A stretch of 64,000 bases of DNA from an uncultured Clostridia bacterium (GCA_944388575.1 CALXJF010000004.1:4122-68121), one strand, 5' to 3'; numbered from the stretch's first letter, positions 27,465-38,003 are shown. Notes: generated from the sequence alone by a model not told the origin. Made by a program: numbers and translations.

Positions 27465-28763
27465 TTATTTTTCTCTAATAATTGATATAACTTGTTTACT
27501 AACATCTAATAAATTTAAAAATTGTTTTATATCTTCCTTATTTAAATCTTTTAAAATTTTAACATCCTCATATATATCAAAACTATTTAATGAACTTTCT
27601 ATTATCCTTCTATAACTAATATTTAAATTATCTGCTCTCCTTATTAATTCACCAATTTTTTTCTTTTTTATAAGTTCAAACATTTCAGTATCTATATCTT
27701 GCTGTTTTATTTCTTCTAAATATTCACATAAATCGAATTTCAATTTATCTATATTTGTTGAACTAGCAAATAAAATAGCATGCGCAAATGTTGCAGTTCC
27801 CTCATATCCAAATGTAGGAACATCACTAAGTATTCCTTTTTCATATTCTTTTTCAAAAAAAGGTGTAATTTTAGAAAAATATAAATCTGATATAATATCA
27901 CATACTAAGCTTCTCTTTACAATTTCACTTTCAGTTACAATATTAAGTTTATATCCAATGCATAATTGTGGCATATAAATATCCATTTTCTGTTCAATTT
28001 CTTTCTTTGCTATATCTTTTATTTCTTCCTGCGAAAAAGTTTCAATTTTATCTATTTTATTATTCTTATCATAATCTTTTTCATATAATTTAATATTCTT
28101 TTCTATTAAATTAATAGTTAAATCAACATCTACATCACCAACAACTACAATAAACATATTTTGTGGGCTGTAAAATGTATTATAACAAGTGTATAAATAC
28201 TCTTTAGTAATATGAGAAATAGATTCAACTGTTCCTGCAATATCAATTCTTACAGGATTAGTATTATACATAGCTCTTAATGCATTAAAATACACTGCAA
28301 AATTTGGATCATCGTCATACATTTTTATTTCCTGAGCAATTATCCCTTGTTCTTTTTGAACATTTTCATCGGTAAAATACGGAGTTTTTACCAATTTTAT
28401 TAATAATTCAATTCCTTCATTAAATTTATCCATAGTTTCAAAAAAATATACAGTATGATCAAATGTAGTATATGCATTTGAAGAAACACCAATTTTAGAA
28501 AATAAATCCAATGCATTGGCACCCTCCTGTTCAAATAACTTATGTTCCAAAAAATGTGCTATTCCATCAGGTACTTTTATTCTTTTATTCCTTGTAATAT
28601 CTACAAATTCATTAATCACAGAGCCATATTTAGTGCCAAACATTCCTATTTTCTTTTTAAAACCTTTTTTCTTACAGATATATACTTCTAACCCATTTTT
28701 TAATATTGTTTTGTATGTTTGTTCCTCTAATTCTTTACAGTTACTTACTTCTATTTTATTCAT
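27465..28763 (-). CDS. M16-family zinc peptidase, catalytic subunit (HxxEH)
   Basis: GIAHFLEHKLFE inverted zinc motif. Start ATG 28763 follows a GGAGGTG SD and overlaps the upstream stop. Confidence 0.88.
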   Translation of the reverse strand: MNKIEVSNCKELEEQTYKTILKNGLEVYICKKKGFKKKIGMFGTKYGSVINEFVDITRNKRIKVPDGIAHFLEHKLFEQEGANALDLFSKIGVSSNAYTTFDHTVYFFETMDKFNEGIELLIKLVKTPYFTDENVQKEQGIIAQEIKMYDDDPNFAVYFNALRAMYNTNPVRIDIAGTVESISHITKEYLYTCYNTFYSPQNMFIVVVGDVDVDLTINLIEKNIKLYEKDYDKNNKIDKIETFSQEEIKDIAKKEIEQKMDIYMPQLCIGYKLNIVTESEIVKRSLVCDIISDLYFSKITPFFEKEYEKGILSDVPTFGYEGTATFAHAILFASSTNIDKLKFDLCEYLEEIKQQDIDTEMFELIKKKKIGELIRRADNLNISYRRIIESSLNSFDIYEDVKILKDLNKEDIKQFLNLLDVSKQVISIIREK

Positions 28764-30018
28764 TTGCAGCACCTCCGAGTAAAAATATCTTTTCTAATAC
28801 TATTTTATTAGCAACATTAACTACATCTTCTAAAGTTACTTTTTTCATTTTTTCAATCATCTCATCTATAGTTACTCCATCATAATGATATGTAAGTAGA
28901 TTAGATAAAAGCATTTTTGAAAGAGCAACTTTAGAATCATCCCATTCTTTTAAATCCGCTATAATACTTTCTTTAGCTGCATTAAATTCTTCATTTGTTA
29001 CTTTTTTTTCTTTTATATCATCTATTTGTTTTTTTATTACATCTTTTGCTTTGGAATAATTCTCTTTTTCTATTCCAGCATAAATAACAAAAATATACTT
29101 AAATCTATAATATCTAGAACGTACCGTATAAGCTAAAGATTCTTTTTCTCTAAAATTTTGAAATAATTTTGAGCTAGGAGTTGAACCAAGTATTGCATTA
29201 TATAAACTTAATGCGTAAAAATCTTCTTTTGCTACATTATTTACTCTAAGCCCTAAACTTAATACACTTTGAGTTGTATCTCCTTCTTCAAATACCTCTT
29301 CAATCTCTTTAGAATCCATGCTTTTATCTATATTTGTTAATAAATTTGTATATGATACTTTAGAATTAATTTTATCCCTAAATATATCTTTAATTATTTC
29401 TTCTATATTTTCATAACCTAATAAATTACCAGAAACTATTACTGTTATACATGAATTATTCAATAATTTTAGATAACTTTTATATAACTCCTTTGCTGTT
29501 ATATCCTTAACTATATCTTCATTACCATATAAATACATACCAAAAGGTTCATTTTTACACATTAATTCTTCCATCTTTAAAACAGAATATCTTAATTTAT
29601 CATCCTTTTTAGTTCTTATTTTATCAAGTATATATTCTTTTTCCCTCTCGACAATATTTGCTTCAAATGTATTATCAGTTATATTTTGATTATATATTAT
29701 CTCATTTAAAAAATATAAACAATCTGGTATTATATCTATATTTTTAGGTAAGAATTTTTTATTAATTCCTTCAATAGCAAATTCTACATTATATAAATCT
29801 CCATATTTTTCTACATTTACTTCAAACTCAGCCCCATATAAACTATATAAGTATTTTTCTATATCTTTTTGAGTTTTAAATTTTTTACACGATTTTGAAA
29901 GAACAGATGCAAGTACAGCATTTTCACTTATTTCTTTTTCATTTGCACTAATAGTAAAATTTACAGAAAAATAAATGCTTTTAAATTTTTCATTATTAAT
30001 TTTATAAATATTAATCAT
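28756..30018 (-). CDS. M16-family peptidase, non-catalytic partner
   Basis: 420 aa with M16-like architecture but no HxxEH. It is paired with the catalytic subunit, as in ymfF/ymfH-type pairs. Confidence 0.75.
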   Translation of the reverse strand: MINIYKINNEKFKSIYFSVNFTISANEKEISENAVLASVLSKSCKKFKTQKDIEKYLYSLYGAEFEVNVEKYGDLYNVEFAIEGINKKFLPKNIDIIPDCLYFLNEIIYNQNITDNTFEANIVEREKEYILDKIRTKKDDKLRYSVLKMEELMCKNEPFGMYLYGNEDIVKDITAKELYKSYLKLLNNSCITVIVSGNLLGYENIEEIIKDIFRDKINSKVSYTNLLTNIDKSMDSKEIEEVFEEGDTTQSVLSLGLRVNNVAKEDFYALSLYNAILGSTPSSKLFQNFREKESLAYTVRSRYYRFKYIFVIYAGIEKENYSKAKDVIKKQIDDIKEKKVTNEEFNAAKESIIADLKEWDDSKVALSKMLLSNLLTYHYDGVTIDEMIEKMKKVTLEDVVNVANKIVLEKIFLLGGAANE

Positions 30019-30037
30019 ATAAACCTCCTATAAATAT

Positions 30038-30065
30038 AAAAGCCAAGGTAGAAGTCTTGGCTTTT
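30038..30065 (-). terminator. terminator after yqeY
   Basis: AAAAGCCAAG / CTTGGCTTTT stem. Confidence 0.65.
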
Positions 30066-30076
30066 AAGTATAATCA

Positions 30077-30520
30077 TTAAATATTATTTAAACTATTTTT
30101 TACAATATCACTAACTATTTTTCCATCAGCTTTTCCTGCTATTTTAGGTCTTAAATATTGCATAACCTTTCCCATCTCTCTTGGTGAAGTCGCTTTAGTA
30201 TTTTCAATTGCTTCTTTAACAAGCGCCTCTATCTCTTGATTTGTCAATTGCTCAGGTAAATATTTAGATAGTACATTAATTTCCTCTTCTAATTGATTTA
30301 CAATATCTTCTCTACCACCTTTTATATAATCCTCAATTGATTCCTTTCTCTTTTTAACTTCTTTAGCCACTATTGTACAGATATCGCTATCTGATAATTC
30401 CTTTTGTGTATCTTTTTCAACTTGTAATATTGCAGCTCTTAACATAGTAATGGTATCTTTCTTTACTAATTCTTTATTTTTCATTGCCTCTTTAAGGTCT
30501 TGTAATAACTCTTCTTTCAT
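30077..30520 (-). CDS. yqeY: GatB/YqeY-domain protein
   Basis: MKEELLQDLKEAMKNKE..K.TITMLRAAILQVEKD and PREMGKVMQYLRPKIAGKADGK are hallmarks of YqeY. Confidence 0.9.
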   Translation of the reverse strand: MKEELLQDLKEAMKNKELVKKDTITMLRAAILQVEKDTQKELSDSDICTIVAKEVKKRKESIEDYIKGGREDIVNQLEEEINVLSKYLPEQLTNQEIEALVKEAIENTKATSPREMGKVMQYLRPKIAGKADGKIVSDIVKNSLNNI

Positions 30521-30571
30521 TTTTTCTCCCTTCATATATATTATACTTTTTTATACAACTTTATACACATA

Positions 30572-31657
30572 TTATTTATCTTTATGTTTGAATTCTTCTT
30601 TTACATCATCATCTGTCTCTGAATGTTTTGTACTTAGAAAACCTATTATAACAAAACAAATTAATGCTATAATAAGCAGCAGTAATTTCCAAATATCAGC
30701 TGATATCATTACCACAGATATAATACATAAAATACTAGTAACAGTGTATAAAACTAATACTGCTTGACGTTGATTTAACCCTCTTTTTAATAATCTATGA
30801 TGAATATGTGCCCCATCTGGTTTTAACATTGGTTGCCCTTTTAAAAAACGTCTTATCATAGCAAATAATGTATCAAAAATTGGAACTCCAAGTGCAAGTA
30901 TTGGAACAATAATTGCAACTATTGTATATCCTTTTGCAAAACCCAAAATGGAAACAATAGATAAAGTAAATCCTAAAAAGTTTGAACCTACATCTCCCAT
31001 AAATGTTTTGGCTGGGTTAAAATTATATGGTAAAAATCCAAGTGTAGCTCCAACTAATACAGCAGTTATAATTATTGCTTCTAAACTTGCTGAAGTTGCT
31101 ATAAATATTGTAAGTAATGCAGTAGCTGATATTGCAGATATTCCAGCAGCTAATCCATCTAAACCATCTATTAAATTAACTGCATTTGTTACTCCAATCA
31201 CCCAAATTAATGTTATAGGAAAATCAATTAACTCAAAATTAATTATATCTGTATGTATAAATGGAATTTTAAATCCTGATATTCTAATACCAAAATAATA
31301 TACAACTATACCTGCTAATAATTGAAATATAAATTTATATCTTGCTCTTAAATTAAATACATCATCTATTATTCCCATTAAAGCTATTATAAATGCTCCA
31401 AGTGCATATCCAAAAAATTTTTTATTTAAAGCAATGGACTCAATATCTTTTGTAAATAAATAATAAATAAAAAAAGAAATAAACATAGCTACAACAATAG
31501 CTACTCCACCTATACGTGGCATTGGCTTTTTATGTATTCTTCTTTTATCAGAAGGAATATCTACTAAATTAAATTTATGAGCAAGCTTTATAGTAAGTGG
31601 TGTTAATGCAAGAGTTAATATAAACGTTATACCTATTATACTATATACAGCTGCCAT
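30572..31657 (-). CDS. GT4-family undecaprenyl-phosphate N-acetylglucosamine-1-phosphate transferase (TagO/WecA-like)
   Basis: Polytopic protein with the NAVNLIDGLDGLA and DVGSNFLGF motifs of the MraY/WecA family. Confidence 0.88.
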   Translation of the reverse strand: MAAVYSIIGITFILTLALTPLTIKLAHKFNLVDIPSDKRRIHKKPMPRIGGVAIVVAMFISFFIYYLFTKDIESIALNKKFFGYALGAFIIALMGIIDDVFNLRARYKFIFQLLAGIVVYYFGIRISGFKIPFIHTDIINFELIDFPITLIWVIGVTNAVNLIDGLDGLAAGISAISATALLTIFIATSASLEAIIITAVLVGATLGFLPYNFNPAKTFMGDVGSNFLGFTLSIVSILGFAKGYTIVAIIVPILALGVPIFDTLFAMIRRFLKGQPMLKPDGAHIHHRLLKRGLNQRQAVLVLYTVTSILCIISVVMISADIWKLLLLIIALICFVIIGFLSTKHSETDDDVKEEFKHKDK

Positions 31658-32126
31658 ACTCTTTACCGTCCTCGATATTCATTTCTTCCAATTTTCTTAT
31701 TTTAACTAATCTTCTTTCATGCCTTCCCTTTTCATAGAATGTATTAACAAAAGCATTTACTACACTTTTTACATTATCAAATCTCTGGAAAAATTCAAGT
31801 CTTGCACCAAGACATAAAACATTTGCATTATTATGTTTTTTGGCCAATTCAGCCATTTGTACATTACTACAATTTGCTGCTCTAATCCCTTTAACTTTAT
31901 TGCAAGCTATTGATATTCCAATGCCTGTACCACAAATAGCAATACCTATATTATTACTATCTTTTAATACATTAGTACAAATATTATATGCAACATCTGG
32001 ATAATCATCACCATCTTGATCTTCAAAATTTGTAACATCCATGTAATCAATATGACTTTTTTTTAAATAATTAATAATTTCCTTTTTTAGATCAACTCCT
32101 GCATGATCTGAACCAATTATTACCAT
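31641..32126 (-). CDS. rpiB: ribose-5-phosphate isomerase B
   Basis: IIGSDHAGVDLK and CGTGIGISIACNKVKGIRAA. Confidence 0.9.
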   Translation of the reverse strand: MVIIGSDHAGVDLKKEIINYLKKSHIDYMDVTNFEDQDGDDYPDVAYNICTNVLKDSNNIGIAICGTGIGISIACNKVKGIRAANCSNVQMAELAKKHNNANVLCLGARLEFFQRFDNVKSVVNAFVNTFYEKGRHERRLVKIRKLEEMNIEDGKEYGSCI

Positions 32127-32140
32127 AAAATCAACTTCCT

Positions 32141-32596
32141 TTAGAATTTTTCAATTAATTTATCAACATAATCCACTATTTCTTTTGCACAAGATTTATA
32201 AATATAAATATTAAATCCCCATGGATCATCAATATCTTTATACGAAATGCTTGGATCTACATATTCTTTTAAAGTGTACACTTTATTTTTTATAGTCGGA
32301 AATAATCTAATTATATTTTCCTTGTGCTGATTAGTAAGTCCTATAATCAGATCAAAATCTTCTAAGTTAATTTGATAAATATTTTTAGCCCTATGACTTT
32401 CCATATCTATACCATATTCTTTTATAGCTTCAATGGCATTTTTAGTAGCTTTTTCACCAGGATTAGCATATATACCACAAGAATCAATAATATATTCTTC
32501 ATTTTTTTTTAATTCTTTTATTTTTCCCTGCATATAATGTTCTGCCATTGGACTTCTACATACATTTCCAGTACAAATAAAAACTATTTTTTTCAT
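32141..32596 (-). CDS. low-molecular-weight protein phosphatase (YwlE-like, arginine/tyrosine)
   Basis: P-loop CTGNVCRSPMAE and DDPWG. Start set at ATG 32596 after GGAGG. Confidence 0.88.
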   Translation of the reverse strand: MKKIVFICTGNVCRSPMAEHYMQGKIKELKKNEEYIIDSCGIYANPGEKATKNAIEAIKEYGIDMESHRAKNIYQINLEDFDLIIGLTNQHKENIIRLFPTIKNKVYTLKEYVDPSISYKDIDDPWGFNIYIYKSCAKEIVDYVDKLIEKF

Positions 32597-32694
32597 ACAT
32601 CCTCCATAAAAAAACAAGTAAAATCTTCCAAAATAATATTATCACATTTATAGTCTAAAGTCAATTAAATACAACACTATTAATACATTGTTAC

Positions 32695-33405
32695 CTAAAT
32701 TTTTGTAATTATAGCTCCTATTAATATTCCCACTATATATACAACATATACTTTTTTATTTTTCGATATTTTATTAGAATTTGGAATTAAATCACTAGAA
32801 ACAATATATAGCATTGATCCTGCTGCAATAGACAAACAAATTGCTATATATCTACTATTTAAATCACCTATTAAATAACCAAATAAAGCTCCTATACCCG
32901 TAAATATCCCGCAAACAATAGAATTAAATATTGTTTCTTTATTTCTATTTGTATCCACTTTACTAGTTATTCCAACCACCATGCTTTCAGGTATATCATG
33001 TAAAACCATAGATACAAGAATTTTTGTACCTAATACTACCGAATAAATATATGAAGAACCTATTGCAATTCCTTCAATAAAATTATGAAAAGACATTGCA
33101 ATAAGAAGAATTAATGACACCCTATTATACTTTTTATATTTTTTTACACTAACCTTTTCTTCTATGTAAATAATTACTAATGTACCCATTATAACTCCTA
33201 TTATAGTTAAAAATATACTTGAGATTTCAAAACATTCTGGCAACATATCAAAGCAAACAATAGAAGTCATTATTCCTGCCGTAAATTCATATAATGCTGC
33301 AATTACATTTTTATTACCAACTTTAATTAAACAACTAATGATTCCACCAATTCCACTACTAAGTAAACTTATTAAAATCATTATCACAAAAATCTTTAAA
33401 GCCAT
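32695..33405 (-). CDS. ZIP-family metal transporter
   Basis: HNFIEGIAIG and HDIPES motifs in a polytopic protein. Confidence 0.85.
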   Translation of the reverse strand: MALKIFVIMILISLLSSGIGGIISCLIKVGNKNVIAALYEFTAGIMTSIVCFDMLPECFEISSIFLTIIGVIMGTLVIIYIEEKVSVKKYKKYNRVSLILLIAMSFHNFIEGIAIGSSYIYSVVLGTKILVSMVLHDIPESMVVGITSKVDTNRNKETIFNSIVCGIFTGIGALFGYLIGDLNSRYIAICLSIAAGSMLYIVSSDLIPNSNKISKNKKVYVVYIVGILIGAIITKI

Positions 33406-33513
33406 AAAACCTCCTTTATATATACTTATTATAATTTTGTAAAAATATATAATAATTTTCTTAACTTTTTTTCTCTTTTATGTTATACTAAGAACAATAA
33501 AGGAGGTTTTATT

Positions 33514-34047
33514 ATGGAAGAATATATAAAAAAATATAGTAGATATACTATTTTACTCTCTTTAGCACTAATTCTTCTTTCAATATTTCTAATTGCAAAG
33601 CCCTTAGAATCTTTAAATGCTATAATGATAGTAATTGGTATTGTTTTAATAATAAGTGGTATTATTCAATTAATCTCATATTTTACCAGTCCCAAAGAAT
33701 TAAAGGCTTTTAGTTTTAAACTTATCCTTGGAATTATAAGTATTATTCTTGGAATAATTGTTATAGTTAACACTAGTGCTATAAATACTATTTTAACTGG
33801 GGTTATTGGTGCTTGGATGATAATTCAAAGTATAATAAAATTACAAATTGCTTTTAACCTAAAAGAATTAGCAAATAGTAACTGGAAAGCAATCGTTTTG
33901 CTTTCATTATTAACATTAATTCTTGGAATTTTAATAATATTTAATCCATTTGGTGCAATTATAACTATAGGAAGAATATCTGGAATAATGTTACTTATTT
34001 CTGAAATCATAAATTTATTTGAATCAATATTTATATTAAGGATTTAA
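33514..34047 (+). CDS. HdeD/DUF308-family membrane protein
   Basis: 177 aa of repeated TM hairpins with the DUF308 pattern (GIVLIISGIIQLISYF...). Confidence 0.7.
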   Translation: MEEYIKKYSRYTILLSLALILLSIFLIAKPLESLNAIMIVIGIVLIISGIIQLISYFTSPKELKAFSFKLILGIISIILGIIVIVNTSAINTILTGVIGAWMIIQSIIKLQIAFNLKELANSNWKAIVLLSLLTLILGILIIFNPFGAIITIGRISGIMLLISEIINLFESIFILRI

Positions 34048-34244
34048 AAAAATAAAAATACCTTAAATTAATGAAGTGAACTAAAATCTTTAGATAAAAA
34101 ATTTTAATAACAAAAGTTCATTTCAAAATAAGGTATTTTTTTCATTTAACATATTCAATTAATATTTTAAGATAATAAAAATTATATAAATCCTTGACAA
34201 AAAATCTTTTTTAAATATACCAATAATAATTGGGGAGAATCCAC

Positions 34245-34595
34245 ATGAAAAAAGTGTTATTAAATATATTTAGTTTTCTTTTTAATTTACCTTTTTTATT
34301 CTATACTTTGATGCTTACTTCAATATACTTATCAGTTGATAGAGGAGCTATTATGGTAGCATCAGCAATTTGTAATATGTTATTACTACTTATAATTGGT
34401 ATAGGATTATCATTCAATAACAAACTAATAAGTTTTATTTTTATAACTCTATTTCTAATAAAAAGTCTTATAGAAGCAATACTTAATCCTTCTCAATGGA
34501 TAAGTTCTATATTTATAGGTATTTTATTAATTATATATTATTTATCTATATACTTAATAAAAAATAATACTTGCAATCACTTTAAATCTGTGTAA
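34245..34595 (+). CDS. small polytopic membrane protein, unknown function
   Basis: ATG 34245 follows a GGGGAGAA SD. Three to four TM helices. Confidence 0.5.
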   Translation: MKKVLLNIFSFLFNLPFLFYTLMLTSIYLSVDRGAIMVASAICNMLLLLIIGIGLSFNNKLISFIFITLFLIKSLIEAILNPSQWISSIFIGILLIIYYLSIYLIKNNTCNHFKSV

Positions 34596-34735
34596 ATTTA
34601 TTTATTTCTCTTTTTTTAAATTTTTAACAAAAAGACAATAGATTTATAACCTACTGTCTATATAATATTTACACATATTTTTTAACATTTTCCAACTATT
34701 ACTTGATTTTTTAATATCCCATTTAAAAAATTTTA

Positions 34736-34825
34736 TGGCGGAGACGAGAGGGTTCGAACCTCCGCTGCCCTAACGGACACTAGCAGTTTAGCAAACTGCC
34801 CCCTTCACCACTTGGGTACGTCTCC
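34736..34825 (-). tRNA. tRNA-Ser (anticodon GCT), CCA encoded
   Basis: The reverse complement is GGAGACGTACCCAAGTGG...GCAGTTTGCTAAACTGC...long variable arm...GGTTCGAACCCTCTCGTCTCCGCCA. Confidence 0.9.
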
Positions 34826-34863
34826 AATGAAAAGAAATACCCTAATAGTTATTTCTTTTTTTA

Positions 34864-34952
34864 TGGCGGAAGCGGTAGGATTCGAACCCACGGTGCCTTG
34901 CGACATCATCAGTTTTCAAGACTGACTCCTTAAACCACTCGGACACGCTTCC
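34864..34952 (-). tRNA. tRNA-Ser (anticodon TGA), CCA encoded
   Basis: The reverse complement is GGAAGCGTGTCCGAGTGG...TCAGTCTTGAAAACTGA...long variable arm...GGTTCGAATCCTACCGCTTCCGCCA. Confidence 0.9.
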
Positions 34953-34971
34953 AATAACCAGTACAATTTAT

Positions 34972-34999
34972 ATTATACCAGTTTTTTTTGATTTGTCAA
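34972..34999 (-). promoter_or_regulatory. promoter of the tRNA-Ser pair
   Basis: On the minus strand: TTGACA, 16-nt spacer, TATAAT, ending about 20 nt before the first tRNA. Confidence 0.5.
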
Positions 35000-35017
35000 G
35001 CGATTTATTTTACTTTT

Positions 35018-35443
35018 TTATAATTCGTCTATTATTTTTTTCTTAACTTCTATAGGAAGAATATTATAATCATTTAAATCTTTTTTATCTATCTGAACTA
35101 TTTCATATTTTCCATACTTTAAATAATCTATATTTTTAAATTCTGGTCCATTACCAGTTCCAAGCTTTCCTCCCATTATATTTGCTAAAAAAAATTTTTC
35201 ATCACGATTTAAATCTTTATTATGTAAATATACTAATTCTCTTACAATATCTACATCTATTCCTAATTCTTCATATACTTCTCTAATAGTAGCCTCTTCA
35301 TAACTTTCATTTCCTTCCAAATGTCCTCCTGGAAAAGTATAATATTCTTTTTTTATGCTTCCATCTTCGTTATATTTAGTCCTTTTTATAAATATTATAT
35401 TATTATTGTTAAAAATTATCGCTCTACCAGTTTTAGGTATCAT
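35018..35443 (-). CDS. NUDIX hydrolase
   Basis: Nudix box GGHLEGNESYEEATIREVYEELGI. Confidence 0.88.
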   Translation of the reverse strand: MIPKTGRAIIFNNNNIIFIKRTKYNEDGSIKKEYYTFPGGHLEGNESYEEATIREVYEELGIDVDIVRELVYLHNKDLNRDEKFFLANIMGGKLGTGNGPEFKNIDYLKYGKYEIVQIDKKDLNDYNILPIEVKKKIIDEL

Positions 35444-35453
35444 CTAGTACCTC

Positions 35454-36344
35454 CTATATATTTATATCAAGCTTATTTAACAAACTTTCTAAGCCTTCTT
35501 CATCATTATATTCAACAACAAGTCTTTGATGTTTTTTAGTACAATCTAATTTTACTTTATATCCAAAATAATCTTTTAATCTATCTTCAATTTTTTGATA
35601 ATATACTGTCTTAGGTTGTTTTTTATTCGATTTTCTATTATAATCATCAGCACCATAAATCAATTTTTCAACTTCTCTAACAGTTAATTTCTTTTCAATT
35701 ATTTTTTCCGCAATTTTTAGTTGTTTCTCTTTGTCATCAATAGCAAGTAAAGCTCTTGCTTGACCTTCTACTAATTTTCCTTGTAATATATAATCTAATA
35801 TCTGTTCTGGTAATTTTAAAAGACGAGTAATATTAGATATAGACGATATACTTTTTCCTGTAATTTTAGCAACATCAGATTGACTATAGCCATCTATTTC
35901 CATTAACTCTTTTATAGCCTTAGCTATTTCAACTATATTTAAATCTTCTCTTTGTATATTTTCAATTAAAGCAACTTGTTTCTTTTTTCCATCTGTATAG
36001 TCTTTTATAATAGCTGGAATTTCTTTAAGCCCGGCATTTTTAGCGGCTCTCCAACGTCTTTCTCCAGCTACAATAGTATAACCATTTTCGTCTTTAACAA
36101 CTAAAATTGGTTGTAAAACCCCGTGCTCTTTAATAGAACTAGTTAATTCATCCAACTTTTCTTTATCAAAAACCTTTCTAGGTTGATTAAGCATAGGTTC
36201 AACTTCTGTTATATTTAGTTCAACTACTTTATCAATCTCTTTATGTTTTTTCTCTTTTTTAGATTTAACTATCTCTTCAACTTCCAAAACATCATCGCCA
36301 AAAAAGGCATCTAAGCCTCTACCTAGCCCTTTTGATTTAGCCAT
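35454..36344 (-). CDS. spo0J: chromosome partitioning protein ParB/Spo0J
   Basis: MAKSKGLGRGLDAFF, GERRWRAAK and an HTH region. Confidence 0.93.
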   Translation of the reverse strand: MAKSKGLGRGLDAFFGDDVLEVEEIVKSKKEKKHKEIDKVVELNITEVEPMLNQPRKVFDKEKLDELTSSIKEHGVLQPILVVKDENGYTIVAGERRWRAAKNAGLKEIPAIIKDYTDGKKKQVALIENIQREDLNIVEIAKAIKELMEIDGYSQSDVAKITGKSISSISNITRLLKLPEQILDYILQGKLVEGQARALLAIDDKEKQLKIAEKIIEKKLTVREVEKLIYGADDYNRKSNKKQPKTVYYQKIEDRLKDYFGYKVKLDCTKKHQRLVVEYNDEEGLESLLNKLDINI

Positions 36345-36346
36345 AT

Positions 36347-37117
36347 CTATACCCCTTTCTCATTTATTTTTATTAGTTCTTTAGCTAATTTTTTATATTT
36401 TTCTGCACCTTTAGAATCTGCATCATACAAAGTTATTGGTAATCCATGACTTGGTGCCTCACTTAAACGTATGTTTCTTGGAATAATAGTTTGAAAAACT
36501 TTATTTCCAAAATATTTTTCAACTTCATTTGCAACTTCTGTAGATAAGTTAGTTCTAGAATCAAACATAGTCAAAACAACACCTTCTATTTCTAGATCTT
36601 TATTTAAATGTTTCTGAACCAATTTTATTGTATTTACTAATTGTCCTAGTCCCTCCAAAGCATAATATTCGCATTGTATTGGTACTAATACACTATCAGA
36701 AGCTGTAAAAGCATTAAGTGTAATAAGTCCTAGTGATGGTGGACAATCAATTAATATATAATCATATTTATCTCTAATTAGATCTACCGCATTTTTTAGT
36801 CTATTCTCTCTAGAAACCATTGATACAAGTTCAATCTCTGCACCAGCTAAATTAATGTTTGCTGGACATACATCAAGTTTTTTTACTACAGTAGGACGTA
36901 TAGTCTCAATAATGTCTAAATCTTCTACTAAAACGTTATATATAGATTTATCTTTATGTGCCTCTACTCCCAAACCGCTTGTAGCATTTCCCTGAGGATC
37001 AATATCTATTAATAATACTTTTTTTCCTTTTTGAGCTATACAAGCACTTAAATTGACAGCTGTAGTTGTTTTACCAACTCCACCTTTTTGATTTGCAATT
37101 GATATAACTTTTGCCAC
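36347..37117 (-). CDS. soj: chromosome partitioning ATPase ParA/Soj
   Basis: Deviant Walker A NQKGGVGKTTT. Start taken as GTG 37117 after a GAGGTG SD. Confidence 0.93.
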   Translation of the reverse strand: MAKVISIANQKGGVGKTTTAVNLSACIAQKGKKVLLIDIDPQGNATSGLGVEAHKDKSIYNVLVEDLDIIETIRPTVVKKLDVCPANINLAGAEIELVSMVSRENRLKNAVDLIRDKYDYILIDCPPSLGLITLNAFTASDSVLVPIQCEYYALEGLGQLVNTIKLVQKHLNKDLEIEGVVLTMFDSRTNLSTEVANEVEKYFGNKVFQTIIPRNIRLSEAPSHGLPITLYDADSKGAEKYKKLAKELIKINEKGV

Positions 37118-37163
37118 TTTTTTCACCTCGTATTAACATTATATTACATTTTTATAAAAAAAA

Positions 37164-37205
37164 AAAGAGTAAATTACAAAATCAATTATAATTTACTCTT
37201 TTTTT
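37164..37205 (-). terminator. terminator between ORF 37332 and parA
   Basis: AAGAGTAAATTA / TAATTTACTCTT, a 12-bp stem flanked by A- and T-runs. Confidence 0.65.
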
Positions 37206-37331
37206 CATTCAATAGTTTTTTATTAATTCTTGTACCAACTCATTATTAAACATATATTCAATAATTGCTTTATATATATTTGCTGGCAAATATGTAACAT
37301 CAATTTGATTAAGATATTCTCTAAATTTTTT

Positions 37332-37922
37332 TTAAACTCCAATCAAGCCATACAACATCATTAAATTCATGCCACCTGTTATAGAATTAATACCTATTAT
37401 ATTATATTCATTTACAAATGCCAAGCCCATATTTTGAACAAATGAGAATAACGGCTCTATTTTATATCGTTGCTCATGTTCATCTATTACAAAAAATCCA
37501 AAAGTTGTTATACGTAATAATTCTTCTATTATTTTACATTTATTATCTTTATATTTATTGTTAAAATCAACTTCTTCTAGCCTTTCTGCTATTTTAGGTA
37601 TTTCTTCACTTATTAGACATTCAAGTTCAATACAATAATTATCTTTTACTATATATATAATCCTTTTTACTATATCATTAATTTCACTATATAAATCTTC
37701 GATCTCATTTTTAGTTTTATAATAATCATATTCATCAATAAGTTGGTGTATATTTATAAATTCGTTCTTTATTATTTTATTTATCCCCGTTGGTAAACCA
37801 ACTCCATATTGAATTTCACACCATTTTTTCTTTTCCCGTAAAAAATTAGATACATCTTTTGCAATTTCATCAAATTCTTTCTTCTTTGATTCAATTAGAC
37901 TATCATACATTGAAACACTCAT
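37332..37922 (-). CDS. hypothetical protein occupying the position usually held by noc between rsmG and parA
   Basis: ATG 37922 follows an AAAGGAGAA SD. About 196 aa, with no ParB-like motifs. The TAA stop is followed by 40 open in-frame codons. Confidence 0.5.
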   Translation of the reverse strand: MSVSMYDSLIESKKKEFDEIAKDVSNFLREKKKWCEIQYGVGLPTGINKIIKNEFINIHQLIDEYDYYKTKNEIEDLYSEINDIVKRIIYIVKDNYCIELECLISEEIPKIAERLEEVDFNNKYKDNKCKIIEELLRITTFGFFVIDEHEQRYKIEPLFSFVQNMGLAFVNEYNIIGINSITGGMNLMMLYGLIGV

Positions 37923-38003
37923 TACTTTTTCTCCTTTCTTAATAAAAAAAATAGACATATATGTTAATAAGTACATTATAGCATATATGTCAACTACTTC
38001 TGA

